64,000 nt of DNA from Blastocatellia bacterium (GTDB lineage Bacteria; Acidobacteriota; Blastocatellia; UBA7656): positions 24,237 to 88,236 of the forward strand of contig DATIFP010000196.1 in NCBI GenBank assembly GCA_035455165.1, in the 5' to 3' direction. The position numbers were made by a program, and so were the translations under genes. This document shows positions 48,145-59,068 of this stretch, in pieces (the stretch's first letter is position 1; every line of letters begins with the position of its first letter). The notes under the pieces were generated by a model that ran no database searches, had not been told where the DNA came from, and saw only the letters and a list, made by a program, of their open reading frames with translations.

Positions 48145-50163
48145 TCATTTCAACCGGGCGCCGTTTGGAACGTCCTCGGTGAATGTCGCGAGCACAGGGC
48201 GGCCATCCTCTCCAACCGACGCGGCAAGCAACATCCCGTTGGACTCGAGTCCGCGCAGCTTGCGGGGGGCCAGGTTCGCGACGATGATAATCTTTCGTCC
48301 GACAACATCCTCGGGCGAATAGTATTGGGCGATGCCCGCCAGTATTTGTCTCGGTTGGGCTTCGCCCAGATCGACGACCAGCCTCAAAAGCTTATCGGCT
48401 TTTGGAACCTTCTCCGCTTCCAACACAGTCGCGGCGCGAAGCTCGATCTTAACGAAATCATCGATGGTGATGATCTGAGCGTCAGGCGCGCCTTGGATCG
48501 AAGGCGTTGTCTTCGGGGCCGCCGCTTCTGTACCGGGTTGCCCGGTGCGGTCGACTGACCTGGCCTGCTCACTGACAGGCGGGCTGGTTTCGTTCTCGAT
48601 CTCCGCCATTATTCTTTCCTTTTCAAGCTTTGGAAACGCCGGACTGACGCGATCGATCTTCGACACGTCGAGCGCCTCGCCCCATTTTGTTTCATTCGGA
48701 TTTACTCGAAGCGGATCGCCCGACAAGCCCATCTGTCCCCATATTTCGCGCGAGGTCGCGGGCATCACCGGAGCAACCAGCAAGATGATATGGCGCAGGG
48801 CTTCATAAGCAGTCGCGAGCACGTCTTCGAGCCTCGGCCGGGCCTCGGGGTCCTTCGCCAGCCTCCAGGGCTGGTTGTCAGTGATGAACTTGTCAACTCG
48901 CGCGATTCCCGCCCACGCTGCTTCAAGCGCGCGCGAGAGATTGAGCTCGCTGAATTCCGCGTCAAATCGTCGCTTTGCTTCATCGATTCGGCGTTCGACA
49001 TCCGCGGCATCATCCGACCGTTCACGCCCCGGTCGCGGAGGACGGCCCTCGAAGTAATTGCGCACCATCGTCAGCGTCCGGCTCGCGAAATTGCCAAGCC
49101 CGTCCGCGAGATCGGAGTTGACTCGATCTATCAATCCTTCGTAGGTTACTTCGCCGTCTTGCCCGAACGCGACTTCCCTCAGCAGGAAATATCTGATTTG
49201 ATCGGGCGCAAAGTGACGCTTTAGGATGCCGAGGTCGATCGCGTTCCCAAGGCTTTTTCCCATCTTCTGACCGCCGCGCAACAGCATCCCGTGAGCGTAA
49301 ACCATTCGCGGCAGTTCGATGCCCGCGGCCATCAGGAACGCCGGCCAATACACCGCGTGAAACCGCAGGATGTCCTTTCCGACAAGATGAAGCGCCGGCC
49401 AGTAGCGATCGAACTTCTCGTGATCGTCCGAGCCCCACCCAAGAGCGGTGATGTAGTTCGACAACGCCTCAAACCAAACGTAGATCGTGTGACTCGGGTC
49501 GCCGGGAACCGGAATGCCCCACTTCACCGAGACGCGACTGACGGATAGATCCGTGAGGCCGCCCGACACGAACGAGATCACTTCATTGCGTCGCACATCC
49601 GGCTGCACGAACTCGGGATGCTTTTCGTAGTGTTCGAGCAGCGGCTGCTGAAAGGCGGAGAGGCGGAAGAAGTAGCTTTCTTCACCAAGCCACTCGAGCG
49701 GCCGTTCGTGTGTCGGGCAGCTCGGCCGCTCGACCGAGTCCGGTCGGGCATCGACGTCTTTGAACTCGTTGCAGTTTCCGCAATACCAACCCTCATATCT
49801 CGATTCATAGATGTGACCGCGCTCGTCGAGTATCCGCCAAAGCTTCGCGACCGCGGCCTCGTGCAGGGGATCGGTGGTGCGAATCCATTGGTCGTATTCG
49901 ATACCAAGGGGCGCAAACGCGGTCTTGAATTCATCGACGATTTCATCGACGTGTGTTTTGACCTCAAGTCCGCGAGCCGCAGCCGCGCGTTCGATGTTTA
50001 TGCCGTGTTCGTCGGTGCCGGTTAGGAAGTAGGAATCGATTCCACGCTGTCGGTGAAACCGAGTAAGAATATCGCACACGATGGTTGGATACGCATGCCC
50101 AATGTGCGGCTTCGCGTTTACGTAGTAGATCGGTGTTGTGACGTAGAAGGTTTTTACTCCCAT
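48145..50163 (-). CDS. metG: Methionine--tRNA ligase with C-terminal tRNA-binding (EMAP-like) domain
   Basis: TTPIYYVNAKPHIGHAYPTIVCDIL (HIGH), zinc knuckle CGNC...CPTHE, KMGKS (KMSKS), C-terminal LRLVVDLGEAQPRQILAGIAQYY tRNA-binding domain. Confidence 0.95.
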   Translation of the reverse strand: MGVKTFYVTTPIYYVNAKPHIGHAYPTIVCDILTRFHRQRGIDSYFLTGTDEHGINIERAAAARGLEVKTHVDEIVDEFKTAFAPLGIEYDQWIRTTDPLHEAAVAKLWRILDERGHIYESRYEGWYCGNCNEFKDVDARPDSVERPSCPTHERPLEWLGEESYFFRLSAFQQPLLEHYEKHPEFVQPDVRRNEVISFVSGGLTDLSVSRVSVKWGIPVPGDPSHTIYVWFEALSNYITALGWGSDDHEKFDRYWPALHLVGKDILRFHAVYWPAFLMAAGIELPRMVYAHGMLLRGGQKMGKSLGNAIDLGILKRHFAPDQIRYFLLREVAFGQDGEVTYEGLIDRVNSDLADGLGNFASRTLTMVRNYFEGRPPRPGRERSDDAADVERRIDEAKRRFDAEFSELNLSRALEAAWAGIARVDKFITDNQPWRLAKDPEARPRLEDVLATAYEALRHIILLVAPVMPATSREIWGQMGLSGDPLRVNPNETKWGEALDVSKIDRVSPAFPKLEKERIMAEIENETSPPVSEQARSVDRTGQPGTEAAAPKTTPSIQGAPDAQIITIDDFVKIELRAATVLEAEKVPKADKLLRLVVDLGEAQPRQILAGIAQYYSPEDVVGRKIIIVANLAPRKLRGLESNGMLLAASVGEDGRPVLATFTEDVPNGARLK

Positions 50164-50244
50164 GTTGTTTGTTGGTGAAACGTGATACGTGATTCGAGAT
50201 CGGAATGAGTGGGCTCTTCCGAATCACGTATCACGTATCTTCCG

Positions 50245-50865
50245 TCATCGATCGTGATTAAGGATGAGCGACATAGCTTCCGCCCGCGTGCGCTGATCCT
50301 TCAAGAACCCGCCGCGCAGCGCGCTGGTGACCGCCCTGGCGCCGGGCTTCTTGATCCCGCGCATCTCAATGCACATATGCTCGGCCTCGATGACCACCAT
50401 CACGCCGGTCGGCTTGAGCATCTCGTCGAGAAGGTCCGCGATCTCCGTTGCCAGGCGCTCCTGAATCTGAGGCTTTCGAGCCATCAAGTCAGCCACTCGC
50501 GCGAGCTTCGACAGCCCGACGATCCGCCCCTCCCTCGGGATATATGCGATATGCGCGACCCCGACAAACGGCAGCAGATGATGCTCGCAAATCGAGTAGA
50601 TGGGGATGTCTTTTACGATGACCATCTCATCGTGCGTCTCGGCCGGGATAACGTGGAGGAATTGTCGCGGATCGCTGTGCAGTCCCGCGCATATCTCCTC
50701 GTACATGAGCGCGACCCGGCGCGGCGTTTCATCGATTCCCGGGCGGTCGGCGTCTTCGCCGATCCCTTCGAGAATCAGACGCACGCCCGCCTCGATCTTC
50801 GCCGAATCGAATGGTCTGCGGTTCGCTGCGGCGTCAGACTCGATGCTTTTCTTTGAGTTCGCCAT
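50245..50865 (-). CDS. folE: GTP cyclohydrolase I
   Basis: [43 protein letters not shown]. Confidence 0.9.
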   Translation of the reverse strand: MANSKKSIESDAAANRRPFDSAKIEAGVRLILEGIGEDADRPGIDETPRRVALMYEEICAGLHSDPRQFLHVIPAETHDEMVIVKDIPIYSICEHHLLPFVGVAHIAYIPREGRIVGLSKLARVADLMARKPQIQERLATEIADLLDEMLKPTGVMVVIEAEHMCIEMRGIKKPGARAVTSALRGGFLKDQRTRAEAMSLILNHDR

Positions 50866-52093
50866 ACTCCTGACTCGTTTCCGCGCGGGCGTTCATCTTG
50901 TTTCGATACTCGGCGCTCGCCGCTGCTTGCACTTCAAGAAGTGGAACGCCCGCCTCAATTGCCAGACGCGCGCAATCTTCGTACTCAGGTTGAAAGTGTA
51001 GCGTGCGGTCGCCGTCACGCGCCACCTTGATGCGCACTCGCCCGTAGTTCGTCTCGACCATCTCGCTGGTCCTTTCGAGCACGCGCCGTTTCGCCTCGTA
51101 ATATCGAGCCCCAAGCGTCGTAGTCTCCGCCAGCAGCATCGCCAGAAGCGGCTCAAGTGCCTGGTGCTTGCACAACACTGTCAGCAGGGCTCCCGGCCTG
51201 TCCTTCTTCATCTGAGCCGGAACCACGAATACGTCCAGCGCGCCGAGCGCGAAAGCGCGCTCCATAACAAATCCGTAAGCCTGCGGGTTCATGTCATCGA
51301 TGTTCGTCTCCACCACGACCACAGTCTCATCAGGCCTGGGATAGACTTCGGTCTGTGCTTGTGCGCCTTCGTCGATCAATTCTCCCAACACAAGCCTCAA
51401 CGCGTTCGGGAACCCTTTAGGATCGCGCGAGCCGGCCCCGTATCCGACTTGATCGATTTTCAGCGGCGGCATCGCCCCAAAGCCCTCGCAAAGCGTCGCG
51501 ACGATTGCGGCTCCTGTCGGCGTGACGAACTCGCCTTCAAGCTCGCCCGCATAGAGCGGCACACCCTGCAGAAGCTCGACCGTAGCCGGCGCCGGGATCG
51601 GCAATCGTCCGTGCTCAGTCTCGACCAGGCCGCCCCCGACTCGAAGCGCCGAGCACAGGAACCGTTCGACGCCGAGCAACTCGAATCCGATCATCGCGCC
51701 CGCGATGTCCACGATCGAATCGACCGCGCCGACCTCATGAAAATGAACCTCATCCGGAGATGTCCCGTGAACTCGCGCCTCCGCGTCAGCGAGCCGCTCG
51801 AATGCTGTAATCGACCGCGACCTGGTGGTTTCGGATAAACTCGATTTCTGGATGATCGATCGAATATCGGCAAGCGATCTTTCCGGTTGGTCTTGTTGTT
51901 CCACATCAACATTGAACTTCACTGCCGAGATCCCACTTCGGTGAACGCGCCGGCTCCTGATCTGGCAGCCCTTCAATCCGAGCGACGACAGTTGCTGCCT
52001 GAGCGTTTCAAGATCGACGCCCAGATCGAGCAGAGCGCCGGCGATCATATCGCCGCTCACCCCCGCGAAGCAGTCGAAGTAAACAATGCGCAT
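50834..52093 (-). CDS. larC: LarC-family (DUF111) nickel-pincer cofactor nickel-insertion protein
   Basis: [26 protein letters not shown], the typical LarC N-terminus; 32-nt overlap with folE. Confidence 0.8.
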   Translation of the reverse strand: MRIVYFDCFAGVSGDMIAGALLDLGVDLETLRQQLSSLGLKGCQIRSRRVHRSGISAVKFNVDVEQQDQPERSLADIRSIIQKSSLSETTRSRSITAFERLADAEARVHGTSPDEVHFHEVGAVDSIVDIAGAMIGFELLGVERFLCSALRVGGGLVETEHGRLPIPAPATVELLQGVPLYAGELEGEFVTPTGAAIVATLCEGFGAMPPLKIDQVGYGAGSRDPKGFPNALRLVLGELIDEGAQAQTEVYPRPDETVVVVETNIDDMNPQAYGFVMERAFALGALDVFVVPAQMKKDRPGALLTVLCKHQALEPLLAMLLAETTTLGARYYEAKRRVLERTSEMVETNYGRVRIKVARDGDRTLHFQPEYEDCARLAIEAGVPLLEVQAAASAEYRNKMNARAETSQEYGELKEKHRV

Positions 52094-52201
52094 AGGTAAA
52101 CGCTCCTCAAGAGCGCCGAGGCCCTAGCGAGCTTTGCGGATCTTGGCGTCTTTGCGCGAAACACGATTTGGTTCTCGCAAAGCTCGCAAAGCTCGCCAAG
52201 G

Positions 52202-53008
52202 TCACCCTCGCTGCTTCAAGAACTGCGGCAGCACCTCACCAGCCTTGCCGAGGATAGTAAAATCCGCCATGAAGGAGATATCCGTCATCTCAGGATTCAC
52301 TTCAATCACACGAGCCCCTCTGCGTTTCGCCGTTATTGGAAGCCCCGCGGCCGGAAATACGACCGCCGAAGTCCCGATCACGAAGAAGAGGTCCGCACTC
52401 GCGGCCGCCTCTTCGGCGCGTTCAAAGACTCCTTCAGGAAGCATCTCCCCAAACAGCACGACGTCGGGTCTGGCGGGTCCGCCGCAAGCGAGACACCGCG
52501 GGGGATTCTCCTCAATAGGGCACTCACGAGCTTCGAAAGTGCTCGCGCAGCGCAGGCAACGCGCCCGCCAAATGTTGCCGTGCAGCTCGAGCACGTTCAT
52601 GCTCCCCGCCGCCCGATGCAGATCATCGATGTTTTGAGTCACCAGTGTAAAGTGTTCGAACCTGCGTTCCCAATCCGCGAGCGCGAAATGGCCAGGATTA
52701 GGTTCGATGCTGGCGAGCATTCCTCTTCGATAATCGAACCACTCCCACACGAGTTTCGGATCAGCAGCCATGACTTCCGCCGAAGACAACTCCGTTATGT
52801 GTTTTCCGCGCCATGTCCATATCTCAGTGCCGCCCCCGCCCCGAAAAGTAGGCACGCCGCTCTCGGCGGACACGCCGGCTCCGGTGAGCACGGCCACGCT
52901 CCTCGCGCGATCGAATATCGATTGCAGCTCGTCGGTGACTTGAGTGAGTACGGTCGACAATTTGACACCTCGGCGAAACGGAGATGCTATAAACCGGCGT
53001 CCGTGCAA
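52202..53008 (-). CDS. cobB: NAD-dependent protein deacylase (Sir2/CobB family)
   Basis: LTGAGVSAESGVPTFRG, zinc ribbon CLRC...CLAC, GTSAVVFPAAG. Confidence 0.9.
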   Translation of the reverse strand: MHGRRFIASPFRRGVKLSTVLTQVTDELQSIFDRARSVAVLTGAGVSAESGVPTFRGGGGTEIWTWRGKHITELSSAEVMAADPKLVWEWFDYRRGMLASIEPNPGHFALADWERRFEHFTLVTQNIDDLHRAAGSMNVLELHGNIWRARCLRCASTFEARECPIEENPPRCLACGGPARPDVVLFGEMLPEGVFERAEEAAASADLFFVIGTSAVVFPAAGLPITAKRRGARVIEVNPEMTDISFMADFTILGKAGEVLPQFLKQRG

Positions 53009-53285
53009 GTCAAGCGCTCTGATTATTGCGTATTGATGTCCTAATGCCGGGGCGGTTACGTGTATCTGTCCAAAATCGAATACATTGCTGGTGCTCTAGT
53101 TTCATTTGGCGTTAAGACAATCTCACCGCGGAGACGCCGAGCACGCCGAGGCGGCGCAGAGAAGGGCTTTTTCTCCGCGTGATCTCAGCGTTCTCTGCGT
53201 CTTTGCGGTGATGACTGATTGATGTACCTTAAACGGGCGTGCGAGGCCGCTCTAAACCTGCTCAGCTCTGGGAGGAATGAATTGA

Positions 53286-53858
53286 ATGGCGCTAATCGCA
53301 GCCAACGAACTAAAGCGCAAAATGCTGATCGATTTCGACGGGCAGCCCTATGTAGTCCTCGACGTTTTCTTTGCGTCGCCGACGGCAAGGGGCGCGGCGA
53401 CGATGGTACGCACCAGGTTGCGTCATCTGTTGACAAGTGCGGTCCTGGAAAAGAGCTTCCGTTCGAGCGAGAAGTTTGGAGAACCGGATGTCGAGCTGGC
53501 GCCCGCTTCATTTCTTTATAGTGACGGGGACGGTTTTCATTTCATGGATGAGAAGAGTTACGAGCAATTCTCGTTTTCAGTCGAGGAGGTCGGCACTGAT
53601 GCCGGTTATCTCAAAGAGGGTGTATCTCTGGAGGTGTTGAGATACAACGGGGCTCCCGTGTCGCTCCAACTCCCGCAGTATGTCGAGCTAGCGGTTGTCT
53701 CTTCGGAGTTAGGTCTACGAGGCGACACGGCAGCGGGGGGAGCAACCAAGCAGGCGACGTTGGAGACGGGCCTCGTCGTGCGAGTGCCGCTTTTCATCAA
53801 GGAAGGCGAAGTCGTCCGCGTCAACACTCAGACTGGCGAGGTGGCTGGCCGGGCTTAG
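53286..53858 (+). CDS. efp: Translation elongation factor P
   Basis: 190 aa, ELKRKMLIDFDGQPYVVLDV, three OB-like domains typical of EF-P. Confidence 0.9.
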   Translation: MALIAANELKRKMLIDFDGQPYVVLDVFFASPTARGAATMVRTRLRHLLTSAVLEKSFRSSEKFGEPDVELAPASFLYSDGDGFHFMDEKSYEQFSFSVEEVGTDAGYLKEGVSLEVLRYNGAPVSLQLPQYVELAVVSSELGLRGDTAAGGATKQATLETGLVVRVPLFIKEGEVVRVNTQTGEVAGRA

Positions 53859-54101
53859 TTTAAGTAGAAAGTGAAGAATGCTGATGACGCCCGCTCAATT
53901 GCAAAGAGCTGGCAACCGAGACACGAGGCCAAGAAGGGTCAGTCTTTGTGCAGCTTAGTGATTTGGTGTCCTTGTGGCAAGAAAATATCCCGCCACCACC
54001 TGCTATCGGGTAACCTTCCAAATCAACGTACGTGGCTGATAATATTCCTGACTTCAAGAAACTGAATTGTTCTCCGTGTGGCGAGAAGAGGCGACTAGCC
54101 G

Positions 54102-56084
54102 ATGACCGTTCAGGAAACAATGCGAGAGCGCGTGAGGGCGGCGATCAACCGGTTGTTCGATATCGATCTGCCCGAGATTCCAGTTGAAGTTCCACCCAGG
54201 ACCGAGCTCGGCGACCTGGCGTTTCCTGTTGCATTCGAGCTCGCCAAGAGACTCAAGGCGGCGACCGGGCAGAAACAGAACCCCAGGGACATCGCGACAA
54301 AATTAGCGGAGGAGATGCGCGCGACGGAAGGTGTATCGCGAGTCGATGTCGCTGGCGCGGGGTACTTGAATCTCTATCTGAAACGCGCCGAGTTTGTCCT
54401 GAGATCGCTTGGTGAGCCGGGAAAGGGTGAGCCTCAAGTTGGCGGGAAGATTATCGTCGAACATACCGCGGTCAATCCCAATAAGGCGGCTCATATCGGG
54501 CACTTGAGAAATGCCGTGCTGGGAGACACCACGGTCCGGATGCTCCGCGAGGCAGGCGAGACAGTCGAAATCCAGAACTACATTGACAACACCGGAGTTC
54601 AGGTTGCTGACGTCGTTGTCGGGTTCAAATACCTCGAGCAGCTGACACTCGATCAGATCAAAGCTCTTGGAGACAAGTTCGATTATTACTGCTGGGATCT
54701 GTACGCGCGAGTCGGAGGGTTCTACGAAGAAGACACCGCAAGACTATCGCTCAGGACCGACACGCTTCACGCGATCGAGTCGGGCGAGGGCGAAACCTAC
54801 GAGATGGCCGATTACATCTCGACGAGAATTCTACACTGTCACTTGAATACAATGGCGCGCGTTGCGATCGAGTACGACTTGTTGCCTCGAGAGTCGGATG
54901 TGCTGCACATGAATCTATGGAGGCGGACGTTTGAGTTACTCAAACAACGAGGAGCGATCGAGTACGCCACTGAAGGCAAGCTCGCGGGCTGCTGGGTGAT
55001 GCGCTCGGCGGATGAGGCAGACGAGGGTGAGCAGACCGAGCACGAGCTGGACAAGGTCATCGTGAGGTCTAACGGGACGGTGACGTATACGGGCAAGGAC
55101 ATCAGCTTTCATTTGTGGAAGCTCGGGCAGCTGGATCTGGATTTCTATTACAAGAAGTTTCACACCTACGCGGACGGGCAAATAGCATGGATCACCTCTT
55201 CTGAGCCGGACGAGAATGATCCTGCTCATCCTCAATTCGGAAACGGCGCCGCTTATTTCAACGTGATAGACATCGGCCAGTCTTATCCCCAGCACTACGT
55301 CAAGCTCGGGGTGATGGCGGTCGATAACGATGAGCGAGTTCAGCGAAGCGCGCACGTGGGGTACGAGAAAGTCGTGTTGACGACCGCGACGGCCGAACAG
55401 CTCGGGCAGCAGGTGACCGACGAAGATCGCAAGCGCGGCGTCGTCAGCATGTCCGGCCGCAAGGGTCTCGGGGTGAAGACCGATGACTTCATCGATCAGC
55501 TCGAAGCGAATGCGCTGGCTGAAGTCGCGAACCGGCATCCGGAATTGGACGAGCAGGAACAGCTCGAGGTCGCGCATAAAATCGCCGTTGGAGCCCTTCG
55601 GTATTTCCTGCTCAAGTTCACGCGCAATTCGATAATCTCATTCGACTTCAAGGAAGCACTGGCGTTTGACGGCGAGACCGGGCCTTATGTGCAGTACTCC
55701 GTAGTGCGCGCGAATTCTATTTTTCGAAAGCTCACGGACGCGGGCATCGCTACGAGCGCCGACGACGTTCGAAATGTATCGCGCGATCGGCTCGGCGAAT
55801 TGCTGAGCGGCGAAGCAGGCGATGATCTGTGGTCGATTCTCTATCTGGCGGAGAGACTGGCGGACGTTGTGCGTGGCGCGGTTGCGGCTCTCGAGCCCGC
55901 AGTGATCGCCAAGTGGACTTTCCAGCTCGCGCAGCGGTACAACATCTTTTATCACAACTATCACATCCTGTCGGAACAGGACCCCGAGCGCAGAGCGTTG
56001 CTGGTCGCGATCACAACGGTTGTGCGAAGGCAATTGATTCGCGCGCTGGATGTGCTGGGTATCGAGGCCCCCGAGAGGATGTGA
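54102..56084 (+). CDS. argS: Arginine--tRNA ligase
   Basis: N-terminal additional domain (ELGDLAFPVAFELAKRLK), class-I HIGH region NPNKAAHIGHLRNAVLGD, C-terminal DALR-type anticodon-binding domain. Confidence 0.75.
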   Translation: MTVQETMRERVRAAINRLFDIDLPEIPVEVPPRTELGDLAFPVAFELAKRLKAATGQKQNPRDIATKLAEEMRATEGVSRVDVAGAGYLNLYLKRAEFVLRSLGEPGKGEPQVGGKIIVEHTAVNPNKAAHIGHLRNAVLGDTTVRMLREAGETVEIQNYIDNTGVQVADVVVGFKYLEQLTLDQIKALGDKFDYYCWDLYARVGGFYEEDTARLSLRTDTLHAIESGEGETYEMADYISTRILHCHLNTMARVAIEYDLLPRESDVLHMNLWRRTFELLKQRGAIEYATEGKLAGCWVMRSADEADEGEQTEHELDKVIVRSNGTVTYTGKDISFHLWKLGQLDLDFYYKKFHTYADGQIAWITSSEPDENDPAHPQFGNGAAYFNVIDIGQSYPQHYVKLGVMAVDNDERVQRSAHVGYEKVVLTTATAEQLGQQVTDEDRKRGVVSMSGRKGLGVKTDDFIDQLEANALAEVANRHPELDEQEQLEVAHKIAVGALRYFLLKFTRNSIISFDFKEALAFDGETGPYVQYSVVRANSIFRKLTDAGIATSADDVRNVSRDRLGELLSGEAGDDLWSILYLAERLADVVRGAVAALEPAVIAKWTFQLAQRYNIFYHNYHILSEQDPERRALLVAITTVVRRQLIRALDVLGIEAPERM

Positions 56085-56123
56085 CAACTGGGAAATTAGC
56101 CGCAGCGGCCAAATGGAGAACTG

Positions 56124-57149
56124 ATGCTCATCGTAATGAAACCTGAAGCCACCGAAGCTCAGGTGGAAGAAGTGCTCGACGTCATCCGAAGTCTTGGGTT
56201 CAAGCCGCATCCGATGCCCGGCGCCACTCGCACCGCAATCGGCGTGACTGGCAATCAGGGCGCCATCGATCCAGCTCACTTCGAGATGCTCGCCGGAGTG
56301 GCCGAAGCGATAAGGGTCTCGAAGCCCTACAAGCTGGTCAGCCGCGACCTGAAGCACGATGACACCGTTGTCCGCGTCGGAGAGACTGAAGTAGGCGGCC
56401 TCGACCCCGTGATCATTGCGGGACCGTGCGCGGTTGAGTCTTACGAACAAACGATGGCGATTGCGGAACTCGTCGCCTCGACTGGAGTCAAGCTGTTTCG
56501 CGGCGGCGCGTTCAAGCCTCGAACTTCTCCATATTCATTTCAAGGTCTCGGCGAAGAAGGTTTGAAGATACTCCGAGATGTGCGCGACCGATTCGGTCTT
56601 CGCATAGTGACTGAGGTTCTGGACACAGAGACCGCCGATCTGGTCGAAGGGTATGCGGACGTGATCCAGATCGGCGCACGCAACATGCAGAACTTCTCAT
56701 TGCTGCGGCGAGTGGGGCAGGCGCAAAAGCCGGTGATGCTCAAGCGAGGCATGTCGGCTACGCTCGACGAGCTGTTGCTGGCGGCTGAGTACATAATGGC
56801 TGAGGGCAACTACAACGTGATCCTGTGCGAGCGGGGCGTGCGGACGTTTGCCGATCACACGCGCAATACGCTGGACTTATCCATCGTCCCGGCGGTACAG
56901 CATCGCTCTCATCTTCCGATCATCGTGGATCCTTCTCACGGAACCGGCAAACGTGAAAAAGTGATTCCGCTTGCTCGCGCGGCCGTAGCTGTGGGAGCTG
57001 ACGGAATTATGGTCGAGGTTCACGATCATCCCGAACACGCGTTGTCAGACGGCCCACAGGCCTTGTTGCCTGATATGTTCAGGCAGCTGGTCACCGAGGT
57101 CAACGCAATTCACAAGGTGATCGCCGAAGCGAACGCCAGCCTCGTGTGA
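56124..57149 (+). CDS. aroF: 3-deoxy-7-phosphoheptulonate (DAHP) synthase, class I-beta, with N-terminal regulatory domain
   Basis: N-terminal ACT/ferredoxin-like regulatory domain ([28 protein letters not shown]); catalytic core [21 protein letters not shown]. Confidence 0.85.
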   Translation: MLIVMKPEATEAQVEEVLDVIRSLGFKPHPMPGATRTAIGVTGNQGAIDPAHFEMLAGVAEAIRVSKPYKLVSRDLKHDDTVVRVGETEVGGLDPVIIAGPCAVESYEQTMAIAELVASTGVKLFRGGAFKPRTSPYSFQGLGEEGLKILRDVRDRFGLRIVTEVLDTETADLVEGYADVIQIGARNMQNFSLLRRVGQAQKPVMLKRGMSATLDELLLAAEYIMAEGNYNVILCERGVRTFADHTRNTLDLSIVPAVQHRSHLPIIVDPSHGTGKREKVIPLARAAVAVGADGIMVEVHDHPEHALSDGPQALLPDMFRQLVTEVNAIHKVIAEANASLV

Positions 57150-57154
57150 GGTCC

Positions 57155-57321
57155 TTGGGAGCGCACGCGGCTCGCGTGGCCTGATTTCGCTTCTGTTGGA
57201 TCCAGAGCACGCGGGCCGCGTGAATTCCCGGTGGGGATGCGGCGACGCGATGCGCCCTGGGAGCGCACGCGGCTCGCGTGGCCTGATTTCGCTTCTGTTG
57301 GATCCAGAGCACGCGGGCCGC
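57155..57321. repeat. Perfect 66-bp segment present twice in direct orientation (101-bp period), each copy containing two GC-rich palindromes
   Basis: GGGAGCGCACGCGGCTCGCGTGGCCTGATTTCGCTTCTGTTGGATCCAGAGCACGCGGGCCGCGTG occurs exactly at 57155-57220 and 57256-57321; flanking 35 nt are also similar. Lies between the DAHP synthase stop and the next gene. Confidence 0.85.
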
Positions 57322-57360
57322 GTGCGGTCCCAGGCAGGATAGCGACGCGATTGCCCGGGT

Positions 57361-59007
57361 ATGATGGTTAAGCCGTCAACTATACTGGAAGACGATGGAG
57401 CTCGCCTGAAGCGCCGAGTCATTCGCAGGCGCACAATCCCTCTCAACGTAAGCCCTGCTCTTGCTGTCGTCGCGGTGGCGGCGACGCTCTCCATAGCATC
57501 GTTTGTCTTCTTCTTCGCAAACGGAATGACCAACGTCTACGGCGATGGAGTCGCTCACGTCAATATTGCGCGGAAGGTGGTTGACTCGCCGGACGACTCG
57601 CTCTGGCAGCGGTACATGCAGATAGGTTCGCCGTGGCTTCCGGTTCAAACGGTGTTGATGTTGCCGCTGGTGACTAACGAATGGATGTGGCGAACCGGAG
57701 CCGCAGGCAGCGTGATATCGATGCTGTCGTTCGTTATCGCGGCTCTTTCGCTGTATCAGCTTGCGAAGGGCTTATACAGGAATGAGGGCGGCTCGTTGGA
57801 AGAAGCTTTGCCGCTCCTGTCAGTCGCGATCTTTGCGACCAATCCGAGCGTGCTGTACCTGCAGTCCACCCCAATGACCGAGCTTGTTTTCATGGCCGCT
57901 CTGGTTACCGCTGTCTACTGGCTTCAGCGCTGGATCGAAGAGCAGAGCCCAAAACGGCTTGCGGCAGCTGCGTTAGCGACCGCGGTTGCGACTCTGGCCC
58001 GCTACGAGGCATGGCCGGTCGCGGCGCTTTCGATCTTGATTGTGGCTGTTGCTTCGAGCGGCGATCGCATAGCGCGAATCAAACAACTAACGATCTACTC
58101 CGCGCTGGTTGCGATTGGTCCGATGTATTGGCTGTGGCACAACTGGGCGATCTACGGAGACGCGTTCGAATTCCTGACCGGTCCAAACTCGGCGCGCGGA
58201 ATCTATCTCCAAAATCGAGCGAGCCTCGGCTGGTCGAAGATCTTCGTTGGTAACGCCGCGCTGGACACATTGACCATTGCGACCGCTACCGCGGTGTGCG
58301 TCGGGCCCTTCGTTTTGTTTATCGGAGCAGCGGGCTTCGTCAGGTGGCTTGTTGGCGAACGCAAAACACTGATCAACAGCTCGCCTGCGCTGTTGCTGCT
58401 TGTGCCTTTCTTCTTTCACGTCCTGAGCTTGTACCGTGGTGAGATCCAAGTATTTCCCTTGAGCGCTTTTGGTTTGCACAACGTCCGATACGGCTTGCCG
58501 CATATGTTTGGAGTCGCGCTGTGGGCGCCCGCGGCAGTCTTATTCTTCAAGCCCCCGGCGCGTCGTTGGGCGGTGGCCGCCGCATTCGCGGTCGTCTTCC
58601 TGCAATACGGTTACCTGGCATCGGAGGGGCCTTCGCAGCTTGCGGTCTATCAAGAGGGTTATCGGAACGGGGTCAACGCGCGGCCCGCGCGCGATCGGGC
58701 GAAAGTGTCCGAGTACCTGCGAAGCAACCCGCCGAGCCGGTTGGTCCTGATGAATACCGGGGCGCTTGGGCCGCTCGTGTCGCAGGGCGGATTGCGGTTC
58801 TCAAACTTGATCCACGAAGGCTCTGCGCGATGGCATCAGCTCAATAATGGGATTCCGGGAGACGTGTCGATGGTGATCGTTCAGGAGGGGGATCCGCTCG
58901 ACCTGCGACTGAATCGCGAGCCGGCGCTTGCCCGCGATTTGGCGCGGGAGTTTCAAGAAGAGCTGTCGGTCGGGGGCATCAAATTGTTTGAGCGCACAGC
59001 GAACTGA
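57361..59007 (+). CDS. Multi-pass membrane protein, putative ArnT/PMT-like (GT39/GT83-like) glycosyltransferase
   Basis: About 12 predicted hydrophobic helices; N-terminal periplasmic-loop motif DGVAHVNIARKVVDSPDD resembles PMT/ArnT family loop 1. Confidence 0.5.
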   Translation: MMVKPSTILEDDGARLKRRVIRRRTIPLNVSPALAVVAVAATLSIASFVFFFANGMTNVYGDGVAHVNIARKVVDSPDDSLWQRYMQIGSPWLPVQTVLMLPLVTNEWMWRTGAAGSVISMLSFVIAALSLYQLAKGLYRNEGGSLEEALPLLSVAIFATNPSVLYLQSTPMTELVFMAALVTAVYWLQRWIEEQSPKRLAAAALATAVATLARYEAWPVAALSILIVAVASSGDRIARIKQLTIYSALVAIGPMYWLWHNWAIYGDAFEFLTGPNSARGIYLQNRASLGWSKIFVGNAALDTLTIATATAVCVGPFVLFIGAAGFVRWLVGERKTLINSSPALLLLVPFFFHVLSLYRGEIQVFPLSAFGLHNVRYGLPHMFGVALWAPAAVLFFKPPARRWAVAAAFAVVFLQYGYLASEGPSQLAVYQEGYRNGVNARPARDRAKVSEYLRSNPPSRLVLMNTGALGPLVSQGGLRFSNLIHEGSARWHQLNNGIPGDVSMVIVQEGDPLDLRLNREPALARDLAREFQEELSVGGIKLFERTAN

Positions 59008-59068
59008 GAATATCGAGGTTACAAGTTACAAAATGCGGATTGACGTGCGACTTGAGAATTGCTGCTCA

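Noticed and set aside
54936-56450. 213-aa and 270-aa minus-strand ORFs opposite argS and the DAHP synthase start.
   Set aside because: Antisense artefacts against strongly supported housekeeping genes.
57155-57321. Considered whether the tandem repeat is a CRISPR array.
   Set aside because: Only two copies, a 101-bp period, and no cas genes nearby; the internal palindromes are more like terminator/REP elements.
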